Part shown: positions 1 through 11,512 of the stretch, one piece after another
How positions within the stretch are numbered: the stretch's first letter is position 1
Layout of the letters: each line of letters starts with the position of its first letter
Source: an uncultured delta proteobacterium
Lineage (GTDB): Bacteria; Myxococcota_A; Polyangia; Palsa-1104
Direction: 5' to 3'
Assembly (NCBI GenBank): GCA_963785725.1
Contig: CAWAWS010000015.1
Location: forward strand, 192,001-256,000
Length of the DNA stretch: 64,000 nt
The notes under the pieces: generated by a model
What the model was told of the DNA's origin: nothing
What the model saw: the letters and a program-made list of their open reading frames with translations, nothing else
The model's database searches: none
Position numbers and translations under genes: made by a program

Positions 1-1126
1 GAAGGACTATTTGACGTTCCACGCCATCGCGCACGTCAGCGGCAGCTCTGCCCAAGGCGTTCGTCGACGAGGGCTTCGAGTTCTACGGCAAGAAGCTGGC
101 CGGCACGCCAAGCTGCCCGATCGCTGGAAGCGCGCCGTCTACGCCACCGACGACGCGCTCGGCGAGGCCGTCGGCAAGCTCTACGTCGCGCGCTATTTCC
201 CGCCGGCGGAGAAGGCGCGCGCCGAGGAGATGGTGCACAACGTAGATCGCCGCCTTCGCGCAGCGCATCGATCGGCTCGACTGGATGGCGCCGGAGACGA
301 AGGCGCAGGCGAAGGCCAAGCTCGCGGCGCTCAAGGTCGGCGTCGGCTATCCCGACAAGTGGCGCGACTACTCGGCGCTCGACGTCGTCCGCGGCGACGC
401 GCATCGGCAACTGCGAGCGCGCCGAGCTGTTCGAATATCGGCGCAACCTGGCCAAGCTGGGGCAGCCGATCGATCGCGGCGAGTGGGTGATGACGCCGCA
501 GCTGGTGAACGCCGTGAACCTGCCGGCGATGAACGCGCTCAACTTCCCGGCGGCGATCCTGCAGCCGCCGTTCTTCGATCCGAAGCGGCCGGCGGTCGAT
601 GGACTACGGCGCGGTGGGCGCGATCATCGGCCACGAGATCAGCCACAGCTTCGACGATCAGGGCGCGCTCTTCGACGCCGACGGCAAGCTGCGCAACTGG
701 TGGACGCCGGCGGACTTCGCGCACTTTACGGCGTCGTCGACGGCGCTGGTCAAGCAGTTCGACGGCTATCAGCCCGCTCCCCGACGTGCACGTCAACGGC
801 AAGCTGACGGTGAGCGAGAACATCGCCGACGTCGCCGGGCTGGCCGCGGCGTACGACGCCTATCGCCTCTCGCTCGGCGGCAAAGAGGCGCCGGCGGTCG
901 GTGGGCTCGCCGGCGATCAGCAGTTCTTCGTCAGCTTCGCGCAGACGTGGCAGCAGCAAGTCGCGCGAGCCGGCGCTTGCGGCAGCAGCTCATGACCGAC
1001 GGCCACGCGCCGGCCGAATTCCGCGCCGACACCGTGCGCAACCTCGACGCGTGGTACGACGCGTTCGGCGTGCACGAAGGCGAGAAGCTGTACCTAGGGC
1101 CGCAAGAACGCGTGCGCGTTTGGTAG
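1..1126 (+). CDS. M13 family zinc metalloendopeptidase (neprilysin/PepO-like), 5'-truncated by the window edge and split by several frameshifts
   Basis: Motifs spread over successive frames: LGEAVGKLYV, KVGVGYPDKWRDYS, VNAVN..NALNFPAAILQPPFF, GAIIGHEISHSFDDQG (HExxH), SENIAD, DGHAP..R; stop at 1126. Confidence 0.9.
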
Positions 1127-1190
1127 TCGACCGCGCGCGTCTCATAAATGCGCGTCGCGCGACGATCGCGACTGCCGGCGGCGGCTGAAG

Positions 1191-1610
1191 CTACTTCGTC
1201 GTCGCCGGCAGCTTGAGCGTCTTTTCCACCCAGCGCAGGATCGTGTCTTTGTTCCACGGCTTGGTGATGACGCCGAGCATGAGGCCGTCCTCTTCGGCGC
1301 GCACCACCTCGTCGAGATCGCCGTGCGCCGTCAACATCAGGCACAGCATCGTCGGCTGCAGCGTCTTGGCGGCGCGCAGGAAGTGGATGCCGTTCTTGCC
1401 CGGCATCGAGTAGTCGACGAGCGCCAGATCGATCGGCTGCTGCCTGATGACCGCCAGGCCCTCGTCGACGGAAGCGGCCAGCGTCACCTGATAATCGTTG
1501 CGAAAGACGCGGCGAAACGTCTGCAAGTTGGGCATCTCGTCGTCGATGACGAGGATGCGCGGCTTGTGCGGCGGGTCGTTCGCGGGCGGAGAGGGAGGCG
1601 TCGTCGTCAT
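1191..1610 (-). CDS. Single-domain response regulator (receiver)
   Basis: ILVIDDE, DYSMPG (phospho-Asp), LMLTA, KPW; directly downstream of a histidine kinase. Confidence 0.92.
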   Translation of the reverse strand: MTTTPPSPPANDPPHKPRILVIDDEMPNLQTFRRVFRNDYQVTLAASVDEGLAVIRQQPIDLALVDYSMPGKNGIHFLRAAKTLQPTMLCLMLTAHGDLDEVVRAEEDGLMLGVITKPWNKDTILRWVEKTLKLPATTK

Positions 1611-1626
1611 TGGCTCGCAGCGAGCA

Positions 1627-4600
1627 TCATACGTTTACCACCTCGGCGATACCAGCAACTGCGGCGAGTGGCAAACGCATGACGAAGCGGGCGCCGGTCG
1701 TCCACGTCGAGTCGAGCTCGAAGGTGCCGCCGTGATTGTTGACGACGATCTGGCGGCAGACGGCGAGGCCGAGCCCGGTGCCTTTGCCGACATCCTTGGT
1801 CGTGAAGAAGGGCTCGAAGATGCGCTCGCGCACCGTCGCCGGCACGCCCGGCCCGTTGTCGGTGAGCCTGACCTCGACGAAGGTCTCGTCGACGCTGCCT
1901 TCGATGACGATCTTGCCGTGACCGCCGAGCGCCTCGAGCGAGTTGGACAGGATGTTGAGGAACACCTGGCTCAGCTGCCCTTTGTGGAACGCCAACGGCG
2001 GCAGCTCGGGCAGCCGCTCGTCGATGGTGACGCCCGGCGGCAGCGTGCGCCGCAGCATCTGCACCGTCTCGTGCAGCGGCACGCGCAGGTCGCCCATCGA
2101 CTTCTGCAGCGTCCCGCCGCGCATGAACGCGCGCAAATCGGAGTGCACCGCCTGCACGCGCGCCGCCGCCATCTCGACCACGTTCAACGCCTGCTGAAAG
2201 TCGCTCAAGACGAAGTCGAGATCGCGCTCGGCCCACATCGCGTCGAGCTTGGTGCGCGCAAAAGGCGTCGCCAGCTCGCGCGCCTCCGCCAGCGTGCGCT
2301 CGAGATCGGTCAAGTAGTCGCGCATCGGCGGCAAGTTGTTGGCGATGACGTTGATGGGGTTGCTCAGCTCGTGCGACAGCTGCGCCAAGAGTCGTCCCAG
2401 CGCCGTGAACTTCTCGCTCTCGGCCACGCGCAGCTGCGCTTGCGTCAGCTCGCGCGTGCGACCGGCCACCATGCGCTCGAGCTCGAGGTTGCGCTGCTCG
2501 AAGCGGGCCAAGCGCCAGCGCACGGCCAAGAGCACGAGCGCGGCGATGACGAGCACGAACAGGCCGCGCAGCCACCAGTTTTGCCACCACGCCGGCATGA
2601 CGATGAACGCCGCGAACGCCGGCTCGCCCCACGCGCCCGAGCCGAAGCGCGAGCGCACGCCGAGCTGATAGTGACCGGGCGGCAACGCTTGGTAGCGCGC
2701 CTCTTTGGCGTCGGTGGCCATCCAGCGATCGTCGGCGCCGACGAGCCGCATCTGCCGCGACACTTGGTGGCTGTCGAGGAAGCCCAGCGTCGAATAGCGG
2801 AACTCGATGCTGTCGGAGCGGCCGACGCGCAGCTCGGCCGGCGGCGCGCCGAACAGCCGCTCGCCCACGCGCACCGACGAGATGACCGACTTGGGCGGCG
2901 CCGGCGGGCCGCGATAGTGCGCGCTGTCGAAGCGGCCGAGGCCGGTCGACGAGCCCAGCCACAAGGTGCCGTCTTTGTCGGCGAAGAAGGCCATGGCGTC
3001 GAGGTCGTCGCCGGGCAGACCGTCGCCGCGCTGGAAGACGTCGACGCGCCCGTCACTGCCGACGATGCCGAGGCCGGACGCGGTGCCGACGTACAGGCAA
3101 TCGTTGCCGTCTTCGCCGAGGAAGTAGGCTTTGTCGCTGGGCAGACCGTCTTGCCCGTCGAGGTGGCGGATGTCTTCGAGGCCGCGCGCGCCCAAGCGGA
3201 AGCAGCTTATGCCGATGGGCTCGAAATATTGGACGCAGAGGTCGCCCGAGCGGCGCGCCAAGATGCCGGAGACGTAGTCGCCGCGCAAGCCGTCGGCGCG
3301 CGTGAAGCGGCGGGCGCCGGCGCCGGAGGGCGTCACGAGGCCGAGGCCGCGCTCGCCCGCGGCCCAGATGCGGCCTTGCGCGTCGCTCGCGACCCAGTCG
3401 AAGTGCTCGGTGGCGCTGCCGCCGGGCAAGACGTACGACGAAAAGTGGGGCAGGGCGCCGCCTTCGGTGTGCGCGCCGCGCAAGAGCCCGGCGCCGTGCG
3501 TGGCCAGCCACAGGTCGCCCGCGCCGTCGACGGCGAGCCCCATGATCTGCAGGCCGCCGACGCCGTAATCGGCGCCGGCGCGGGTCACGCGCAGCGTCGT
3601 CGGATCGATGCGCAACAGCTCACTCGGCGAGCCGCCGCCGAAGAGCGCGCCGTCGTGCCAGCCGAGCCCGCGGAACGAGTGGCCTTCGGAGCCGGCCACG
3701 AGCTGCCAGCCCTTGGGCGTCGCGCGCAGTAAGCCGTCGTCGGTGCCGACCCAGAGTGTGCCGTCGGGCGTGCGCGTGATCTGCCAGATGACCTCGTTGG
3801 GGAGGCCGTCGGCGCTGCCGTAGCTGGTCATGAGATCGCGGCCGGCCAGACGATGCAAGCCGACGCTGGCGATCCACAGCGAGCCGGACGAGTCGGCGAA
3901 GGCGGCCATGGCCTCGTCGGTGGGTAGACCGTGCGCGCGATCGATGATTTCGCTGCTGCTCGCGCCCACGCGCAAGATGCCGCGCGTCGTCGGCACGAGC
4001 AGGCGGCCTTCGCGATCGGTCGACATCAGGCCTTCGGAGTTGCGCGACGGGAGCAGGCACGATCGCTCGACGAAGCCGCCCGAGTCTTCGGTCTCGCGCA
4101 GCCACAAGCGCGCGTGCGAGCGCATCCACACGCGGCGGCTGCCGTCGACGACGACGCTGGTGATGGTCTCGTGGTCGCCGATGACGCTGCCGTCGGCGAG
4201 CGTCTGCCAGCTGCCGTCGGTGGCGCGGCGCAACAGCCGATTGCCGACCGCGGCCAAGACGCGCCCGTCGCCGTCGACGGCGAGCGCGGACGCTTCGCCG
4301 CCGGGCCAGCCGCCGGCGAGCGCGAACTGGTCGGGCGCGACCTCGGCGTAGAGGCCGAGCCGCGAGGCCACCCACAAGCGCGCGTGGCTGTCGAGCGCGA
4401 GGCCGTTGATGATGGCGCGCGGCACGTCGGCCACGACGGTGAAGCGGGCGTCGTCGCGGCGCGCCAGGCCTTCCCACGTGCCCACCCACAGGCGGCCGTC
4501 GCGGCGCGCCGCCAGCGCGCTGACGTACGTCGACGGCAGCCCGTCGTCGCGTCCGAAGCGCACGAAGCGCGTGCCGTCGAAGCGAAAGAGCCCCTCTTCC

Positions 4601-4782
4601 GAGCCGCTCCACAAGTAGCCGTCGCGATCCTCGGCGAAGTCGAGCTCCGCCAAGTTGCTGAGGCCATCCTCGGTGCCGAACGACTCGAACTGATAGCGAC
4701 CGGGCGGTGGCGCCGGCCGATCGGCCGCCAGCGCGCACGTGAGGCTCGCTTGCAGGACCAACGTAGTGAGCGCGGACAGCAC
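1627..4782 (-). CDS. Sensor histidine kinase with extracytoplasmic beta-propeller (Reg_prop) repeats and a Y_Y_Y domain
   Basis: Signal peptide; repeated DGLP..D..G.LWxGT; YQALPPGHY; TM PAWWQNWW..; HELSNP H-box, N-box, DNGPG, FEPFFTTK, GTGLGL. Confidence 0.93.
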   Translation of the reverse strand: MLSALTTLVLQASLTCALAADRPAPPPGRYQFESFGTEDGLSNLAELDFAEDRDGYLWSGSEEGLFRFDGTRFVRFGRDDGLPSTYVSALAARRDGRLWVGTWEGLARRDDARFTVVADVPRAIINGLALDSHARLWVASRLGLYAEVAPDQFALAGGWPGGEASALAVDGDGRVLAAVGNRLLRRATDGSWQTLADGSVIGDHETITSVVVDGSRRVWMRSHARLWLRETEDSGGFVERSCLLPSRNSEGLMSTDREGRLLVPTTRGILRVGASSSEIIDRAHGLPTDEAMAAFADSSGSLWIASVGLHRLAGRDLMTSYGSADGLPNEVIWQITRTPDGTLWVGTDDGLLRATPKGWQLVAGSEGHSFRGLGWHDGALFGGGSPSELLRIDPTTLRVTRAGADYGVGGLQIMGLAVDGAGDLWLATHGAGLLRGAHTEGGALPHFSSYVLPGGSATEHFDWVASDAQGRIWAAGERGLGLVTPSGAGARRFTRADGLRGDYVSGILARRSGDLCVQYFEPIGISCFRLGARGLEDIRHLDGQDGLPSDKAYFLGEDGNDCLYVGTASGLGIVGSDGRVDVFQRGDGLPGDDLDAMAFFADKDGTLWLGSSTGLGRFDSAHYRGPPAPPKSVISSVRVGERLFGAPPAELRVGRSDSIEFRYSTLGFLDSHQVSRQMRLVGADDRWMATDAKEARYQALPPGHYQLGVRSRFGSGAWGEPAFAAFIVMPAWWQNWWLRGLFVLVIAALVLLAVRWRLARFEQRNLELERMVAGRTRELTQAQLRVAESEKFTALGRLLAQLSHELSNPINVIANNLPPMRDYLTDLERTLAEARELATPFARTKLDAMWAERDLDFVLSDFQQALNVVEMAAARVQAVHSDLRAFMRGGTLQKSMGDLRVPLHETVQMLRRTLPPGVTIDERLPELPPLAFHKGQLSQVFLNILSNSLEALGGHGKIVIEGSVDETFVEVRLTDNGPGVPATVRERIFEPFFTTKDVGKGTGLGLAVCRQIVVNNHGGTFELDSTWTTGARFVMRLPLAAVAGIAEVVNV

Positions 4783-4833
4783 GATTTCCGCCGCTATTTT
4801 ACCAGACGCGACGGCGCTTGCCGGGCATTAAGG

Positions 4834-5412
4834 CTAGTCGTCGTCGAGCAGGTCGCCGACGAGCCGGTCGACGACCTGCTCGGCGACTTCCGAGTCGGCG
4901 TTGGCGCGACCGCGCGCCGCCGCGTCCTCGAGCGCGCGCTCGATGTGCCCGGCCACGTCGCTGCCCGCCGAGCAGCGCAAGCAGCGATAGCCGGTGCCGT
5001 AGCCGACGACGTCGGTGCGCTCGATGGGGAACGTGCCGCCGCAGGCCGCGCAGACGACGTCGTGCGGCTTCGGCGCCGTCAGCGGCGCCAGCCCGTCGCG
5101 ATAGGGCGCGACCCCGCGCTGCTGCAGCCACGGCGACGGCTTGGCCGCCGGCTTGCCGTCGGCGATGACCTCGTCCACCCGCCGCGACAGCGCCTGCGCA
5201 TCGAGCAGGCCCGCCTCCGTCAGCAGCGCCACCGTCGCCCGCACCGTCGCCACCAACACTTCGTTCTCGGCTTTGACGTCGACTTCGCGCTGTTTCATGG
5301 TCGTCATGTTCTGCTGCAGCTCGTCGAGCTTGCGCTCGAGCTCGGCCAACGCCCACGCCGGGTCGGCGCCGCCGCTCGACAGCCAAGCCCGCCATTTCTG
5401 CACGCCATTCAT
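4834..5412 (-). CDS. Hypothetical protein with coiled coil and CxxC...CxxC zinc ribbon
   Basis: Helical N-terminus; CAACGG and CLRC motifs; protein-like composition. Confidence 0.65.
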   Translation of the reverse strand: MNGVQKWRAWLSSGGADPAWALAELERKLDELQQNMTTMKQREVDVKAENEVLVATVRATVALLTEAGLLDAQALSRRVDEVIADGKPAAKPSPWLQQRGVAPYRDGLAPLTAPKPHDVVCAACGGTFPIERTDVVGYGTGYRCLRCSAGSDVAGHIERALEDAAARGRANADSEVAEQVVDRLVGDLLDDD

Positions 5413-5476
5413 GCGCCGGCTTTAACCATACGCCCAAGCGCGAGCGTCGCCAACACGTGTGGATCTAGGAGGATAC

Positions 5477-6374
5477 TTAGGTGATGGGCGCTTGTGCGAG
5501 CTTCAGCGTCGTCGTGAACAGCATGTTGGAGCCGCCTTTGTGGCGCTCGGCGAAGAAGAAATCGAGCGGGTAAGCCGTGCCCTTGGTGAGGCCGAGGTTG
5601 TCGAGCACGACGTCGCCGATCTCGGGATCGTGGATGCCGCCCAAGTTGATGACGAGCTGATTGTTGATGTAGACGAACACGTCATCGTCGCCGCGATAGT
5701 GGAAGGTCTCGCCGCCCATAGTACGTGAACGTCGTGTGCGATTCGGCGGTGAACGAGAAGTTGTGCGGATCGCCCTGATTGCCGAACGCCGTCGCGTAGG
5801 GCGAGCCGTCGTCGATGGGGAAGAAGCCTTTGGACGACGGGTCGCCGGCGGTGTAATCGACGCCGTCGATGTTGCTGTCGTAGCCCCAGCTGCCGTCGGC
5901 CGCCTGCGTCAACGTGATCGGGAAGTCGACGTGGATGTTGATGTTGGGCGTGTCGTTGTACCACTGGTTGAAGCTGGCCAACCCGTGCGTCGTCAGCGTC
6001 GTGCCGGTCGTGTTCTTGTAGACCGGCTTGCGATCGGCGCCGAGCGTGTTGGTGACGATATCGGTATCCGGCCACGGCGACGGCGTCGACGGCACGTTCT
6101 CGAAGTTCGGGTTCGTGTTGGGATCGCTGGCGTTGTAGAGCTTGAAGTCGCGAATCGTAATCGTGATAATGTTGCTGCTGGTGGTGCCGGCGTCGCCGTC
6201 GCCGCCCGCATTGCCGCCCGCCGAGCCGCCGGCGCTGCCGCCCGCCGAGCCGCCGGCGGCGCCGCCGCCCGCCGAGCCGCTGCCGCCGCCGCCCGATACT
6301 TCGACCTTGGACGAGCAGCCGCTGGCGACGGCCGAGAGCGCGAAGACGAACGCAAAAACCAAGTTCCTATTCAT
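5477..6374 (-). CDS. Fibro-slime/PA14-domain lipoprotein, frameshifted near 5715
   Basis: Lipobox ASGC, Gly linker, TIRDF..NPNFE, FNQWY, HNFSFT; continues in another frame as GGETFHYRGDDDVFVYINNQLVINLGGIH...FFAERH. Confidence 0.85.
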
Positions 6375-6665
6375 TACCGATCTCCTTCACGGGCCGCGTT
6401 ACGCAAACGATGCGCCAACCCGCTCGCGTCACCGCGAAGCGCCGCGGAGCATGGTCGCCAAGTAGCGCCGGCACATGAAGTAGAGACGGCTGCGCGCGCA
6501 CCGTCGCATTATTTTCCGGCGCCGTCTCCACGCGCATACAGCTGAGGACTGTTTCCCCAGTAGGTAAATGAATGCATTGGTACTTTTCCTCGCCCAGCGA
6601 ACCGACGCGCGTTATCTTGAATGTTCCCGGCGCGCGCGCGCCGAGGGCGGAGGCAGCCGGGCCAG

Positions 6666-8137
<1,472 letters not shown>

Positions 8138-8141
<4 letters not shown>

Positions 8142-8785
8142 GGATGACGATCGTGGCGAAGCGTTCGCGTGCGGCGGTGGCGGCCGCGCTGGTCATCCAG
8201 CTGTTGGCGCCGGCAGCGTGGGCGCGCGCGCCGAAGATCGGTGGCGCAGCGACGGAGCACGTCGCCGCCGCCAATCGCGCCTACAAAGAGAAGAACTACG
8301 ACAAGGCGCTCGAGGAGCTGCGTGCGGGTTATCGGCTGGCGCCGCGGCCCGAGTTCCTGCTGACGTTCGCGCAGATCTATCGCTCGGCGGGCAAGCTGCA
8401 GCAGGCGCTGGAGGCGTGTAACTCCTACTTGGCGACGATGCCGAACGGCTCGCTGGCGCCGAGCGCGCGCGAATTGGCCGACGTCTTGCGCGCCGAGATC
8501 GCCGCCGCCACGCCGCCGCCCGCGCCGCCGCCGCCGGTCGTCGCGCAGCCGGTCGCGCCGCCGCCCGCCGTCGTCACGCCGGTCGCGCCGCCGTCGGTCG
8601 TCACGCCGGTCGCCGCCGCTGTCGGCACGACCGCGCCGCCGCCCGATCATCGTCGCAAGGCGCTGGCGTGGGGGCTCGGCGTCGGCGCCGTCGTCGTGGT
8701 CGGCCTGGCCGTCGGGCTCGGCGTCGGGCTCGGCGTCGACCACGGGCGCGCCTCCACGTTCGGCAACGTCAAGTTCAACCCGTAG
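8138..8785 (+). CDS. Secreted/membrane TPR-like protein with Pro-rich linker and C-terminal hydrophobic segment
   Basis: Signal peptide ..AWA; YDKALEELRAGYRLAPRPEFLLTFAQIYR TPR pattern; ATGA overlap with the kinase. Confidence 0.75.
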
Positions 8786-8822
8786 CCGGGATCGTCGCGG
8801 CGCGCGAAATCGGTCGGGAAAT

Positions 8823-9749
8823 TTAGTGCGAGCGCGTGGCGAAGAGGCGATGGAAGGTCATGTCGAGCTGGCTCTGCGCGGCTTGGATGATGCTGTCGCA
8901 GTCGGCGAGCGGAATCTGCAGCTCGGCCGTGAGCGCCTGGCGCGTGCCGTCGAGCAGCCGCTGCCGCGCCATGGCCAGCCAGCGCGCCGCCGTCGCCCGA
9001 TGGGTGCGATAGAGGCCGCCCAGCTGATCGATGGTCACGCTGTCGAGATAGTGCAGCCTGAGGAGGCTCTTGTCGCGCGCCGACAGCTGCGCCATCGCCT
9101 GCGCGAACGCCTTCTGGAACGCCTCTTTGGACCACGCTTTGGAGTACTGACCCTCGACGTCGCGCGCCGAGCCCGACAGGCGCGCGAGCGCGGCGTCGCC
9201 GTCGGACTTCTCGTCTTTGCCGCGCTTGAGCAGCTTGCAGGCGGCGCGAACGGCGCTGACGCTGAGCCAGGCGCCGAGCGCGCCGCGACCGCGAAAGCCA
9301 GCGATGCCGGGCCGTCCATCGCGGTGCCGCAGCAGCAGCTGCGCGCGCAGACCCTGCAGGATCTCGTCGACCGAGTGCGCCGGCAGCCGCATGCGCGCCA
9401 ACGACGCCCGCACCAGCGGAAAATAGTGGATCTCGAGCTGCGCCATCGCCGTCGTGTTGCCGGCGGCGCAGGCGCAAGCCAAGTAGAGCTCGGCCGCGGT
9501 CGTCGGCGACAGCATGACGTCGAGCTCGCGCGCGCTCACGCTGCGCTCGGCCAGCCAGGCGCCGAAGCGTGCCGGCGCCACCTGCAGCTCGGGCCATTGC
9601 GCCGTCGCCGCGTCCCAGGCGCCATCGAGGCGCTCGCGCAGCGTATCGTCGCCGGCCAGCTCCGCGCGCACGTCAGCGGTCAGGCCGCTCCAGAAGGAGT
9701 CGACGAAAGTGGTCGGGGCGTCTTCGGCGAGCGCGAGCTGCGTGGACAA
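8823..9749 (-). CDS. ECF-like sigma-70 factor, myxobacterial type
   Basis: ELYLACACAAG, FRGRGALGAWL (region 2), LSARDKSLLRLHYLDSVTIDQLGGLYRTHRATAARWL (region 4 HTH). Confidence 0.85.
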   Translation of the reverse strand: MSTQLALAEDAPTTFVDSFWSGLTADVRAELAGDDTLRERLDGAWDAATAQWPELQVAPARFGAWLAERSVSARELDVMLSPTTAAELYLACACAAGNTTAMAQLEIHYFPLVRASLARMRLPAHSVDEILQGLRAQLLLRHRDGRPGIAGFRGRGALGAWLSVSAVRAACKLLKRGKDEKSDGDAALARLSGSARDVEGQYSKAWSKEAFQKAFAQAMAQLSARDKSLLRLHYLDSVTIDQLGGLYRTHRATAARWLAMARQRLLDGTRQALTAELQIPLADCDSIIQAAQSQLDMTFHRLFATRSH

Positions 9750-9899
9750 GGTGCACCCATACAGAGCAACCGCCGCGCCAAGCTCGACAGCGCTAAGCCG
9801 GCGACTTCCTGTCTACGTCGCGGTTGCAGGTGGGGCTCGAGGCTCCACTTCGTCTCCTCGAGACCTCGGGGTTCGTGTGCGACGAAGACGCTGTCGCGC

Positions 9900-11435
9900 T
9901 CACGGCGGCGGCTGCTCGCCGCCCAGCGTCACGAAGGTGTTGCCGGCCTTTTGGAGGTTGTAGTCGGTCACGATCCAGTCGGCCGAGCGCGCCAGCCCCG
10001 AGATGCGCACTTCGTCTTCGATGCCGGCGAAGAACTGGTCGGCGGTGGCGTCGGCGGCGGCGCCCAAGCGCAAGGGCACGGTGCTCGTCAGGTCGTTCGA
10101 GGCCGTGAGGTTCGTCGGCGTGCCTTCGGGGCCGTCTTGGTAGGCGTGCAGCTGCATGCCGGCGCGGACGAACGTGACGAAGTGCCAGCTGCCGTCGGCG
10201 ATGCTGGTGCGGCCGCTGACGGAGTCGTTGCCGCTGTTCGACAGCGTCTGCGCCTGCCACGGGCTCGAGCTGTTCGCGTCGTGCAAGAAGACATCGTAGC
10301 CCTGCGTGCCGGCGTTCGTGTCGCGCTTGGACAGGAGGCGCGCGCTGCCGGTCTGTTGCGACGACTTGACCCACAAGGAGAGGGTGAAGTCGGCGGAGGC
10401 GCCGAAGTCGATGAGGGCGCTGTCGGCGACCTCGACGTAGTCGCTGGTGCCGTTGAATTGAAAGCCGTTGCCGATGGCGCCGGGCGTGATGGTCGTGCCG
10501 GTGAGCGTGCCGGTGTGGCCGCCCGTCGTGCTGTCGCTCGTCGCCGTCGCGGCCGCGGCGTTGAGGTGCCAGACGGCGCGAAAGTGGCTGTCCCAGACGT
10601 TGGCGGCGACGGGCGAGCCGGGCGGCGTTGCGTTGCCGTAATAGAGCGTGAGCACCGTGTCGTTCGAGGCCGCGGCCGTGTTCAGCGCCGGCACGCGCAC
10701 CCACGCGACGAGCACGCCGGCGTTGGGATCGTAGCGCTCGATTTCGTAGTCGAGCAAGCAGGGCGACGCGCCGGCGCAGGTCGCGCCCGTGGCCGTGAAG
10801 CGCAGGTCGCTGCCGTCGGCTTTGGCGACGTGACCGCCCGGCGCCGCTTGCAAGCCGGGATCGCTGACGGCGACGAGCAGCGGATAATTGGACAGCGTCG
10901 CCGCGCCGTCGGATGAGCTGACGCCGCCTTTGGCGATGGTGATCGTGCGCGAGTAGGCGTTGGCGACGATGGGAACGGCGGTCATGTCGACGCTCGGCAT
11001 CGACAGATCGTGCGGGAAGTTCTCGCCCATGTCGTCGAGCGGCGGGCCGCCGTCGTCGACCGCGACGGTGCCGGGCACGATGTCGGTCGAGATGTCGAAG
11101 ATGTGATGGGCGGCGATGTCGCCGGCGGCGACCTTGGCGTTGCCGACGGTGCTGCCTTTGTCGAGCGCGACGACGAGGAACGTGGTGACGCCGGCGTTAT
11201 CGGGCAGCTCGGCCAGCAGCGTCACGGGCCACTTCAACGCCGGACCGCCGCTGCCGACGGGCAAGACGTGCACGGCGCTGCCGATGGTCATCTCGGCCGT
11301 GATGCGCACCTGGTCGGCGACGACGTCGTGGCTGTTGGTGATCGTCAGGAAGACGCCGGTCGTATGATCGCACGCGGCAACGGTGGCAGCGACGGCGAAG
11401 AGGAGCGCGTAATGGGCGGCGGTGGCCCGCGTCAT
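9900..11435 (-). CDS. Lipoprotein with DUF2341-like and LamG/concanavalin A lectin domains
   Basis: Lipobox VAAC; DGSDLRFT..LDYEIERYD..AWVRVP..LYYGN; FTLSLWVK, WHFVTFVR, GIEDEVRIS..RSADWI. Confidence 0.82.
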   Translation of the reverse strand: MTRATAAHYALLFAVAATVAACDHTTGVFLTITNSHDVVADQVRITAEMTIGSAVHVLPVGSGGPALKWPVTLLAELPDNAGVTTFLVVALDKGSTVGNAKVAAGDIAAHHIFDISTDIVPGTVAVDDGGPPLDDMGENFPHDLSMPSVDMTAVPIVANAYSRTITIAKGGVSSSDGAATLSNYPLLVAVSDPGLQAAPGGHVAKADGSDLRFTATGATCAGASPCLLDYEIERYDPNAGVLVAWVRVPALNTAAASNDTVLTLYYGNATPPGSPVAANVWDSHFRAVWHLNAAAATATSDSTTGGHTGTLTGTTITPGAIGNGFQFNGTSDYVEVADSALIDFGASADFTLSLWVKSSQQTGSARLLSKRDTNAGTQGYDVFLHDANSSSPWQAQTLSNSGNDSVSGRTSIADGSWHFVTFVRAGMQLHAYQDGPEGTPTNLTASNDLTSTVPLRLGAAADATADQFFAGIEDEVRISGLARSADWIVTDYNLQKAGNTFVTLGGEQPPP

Positions 11436-11512
11436 CGCGAAACAATAGCACGCACCGGCGCGTCGCTCTTGTCTTGCCGACGAGGTCGACGTGATAATGG
11501 AGCGCCCGCGCC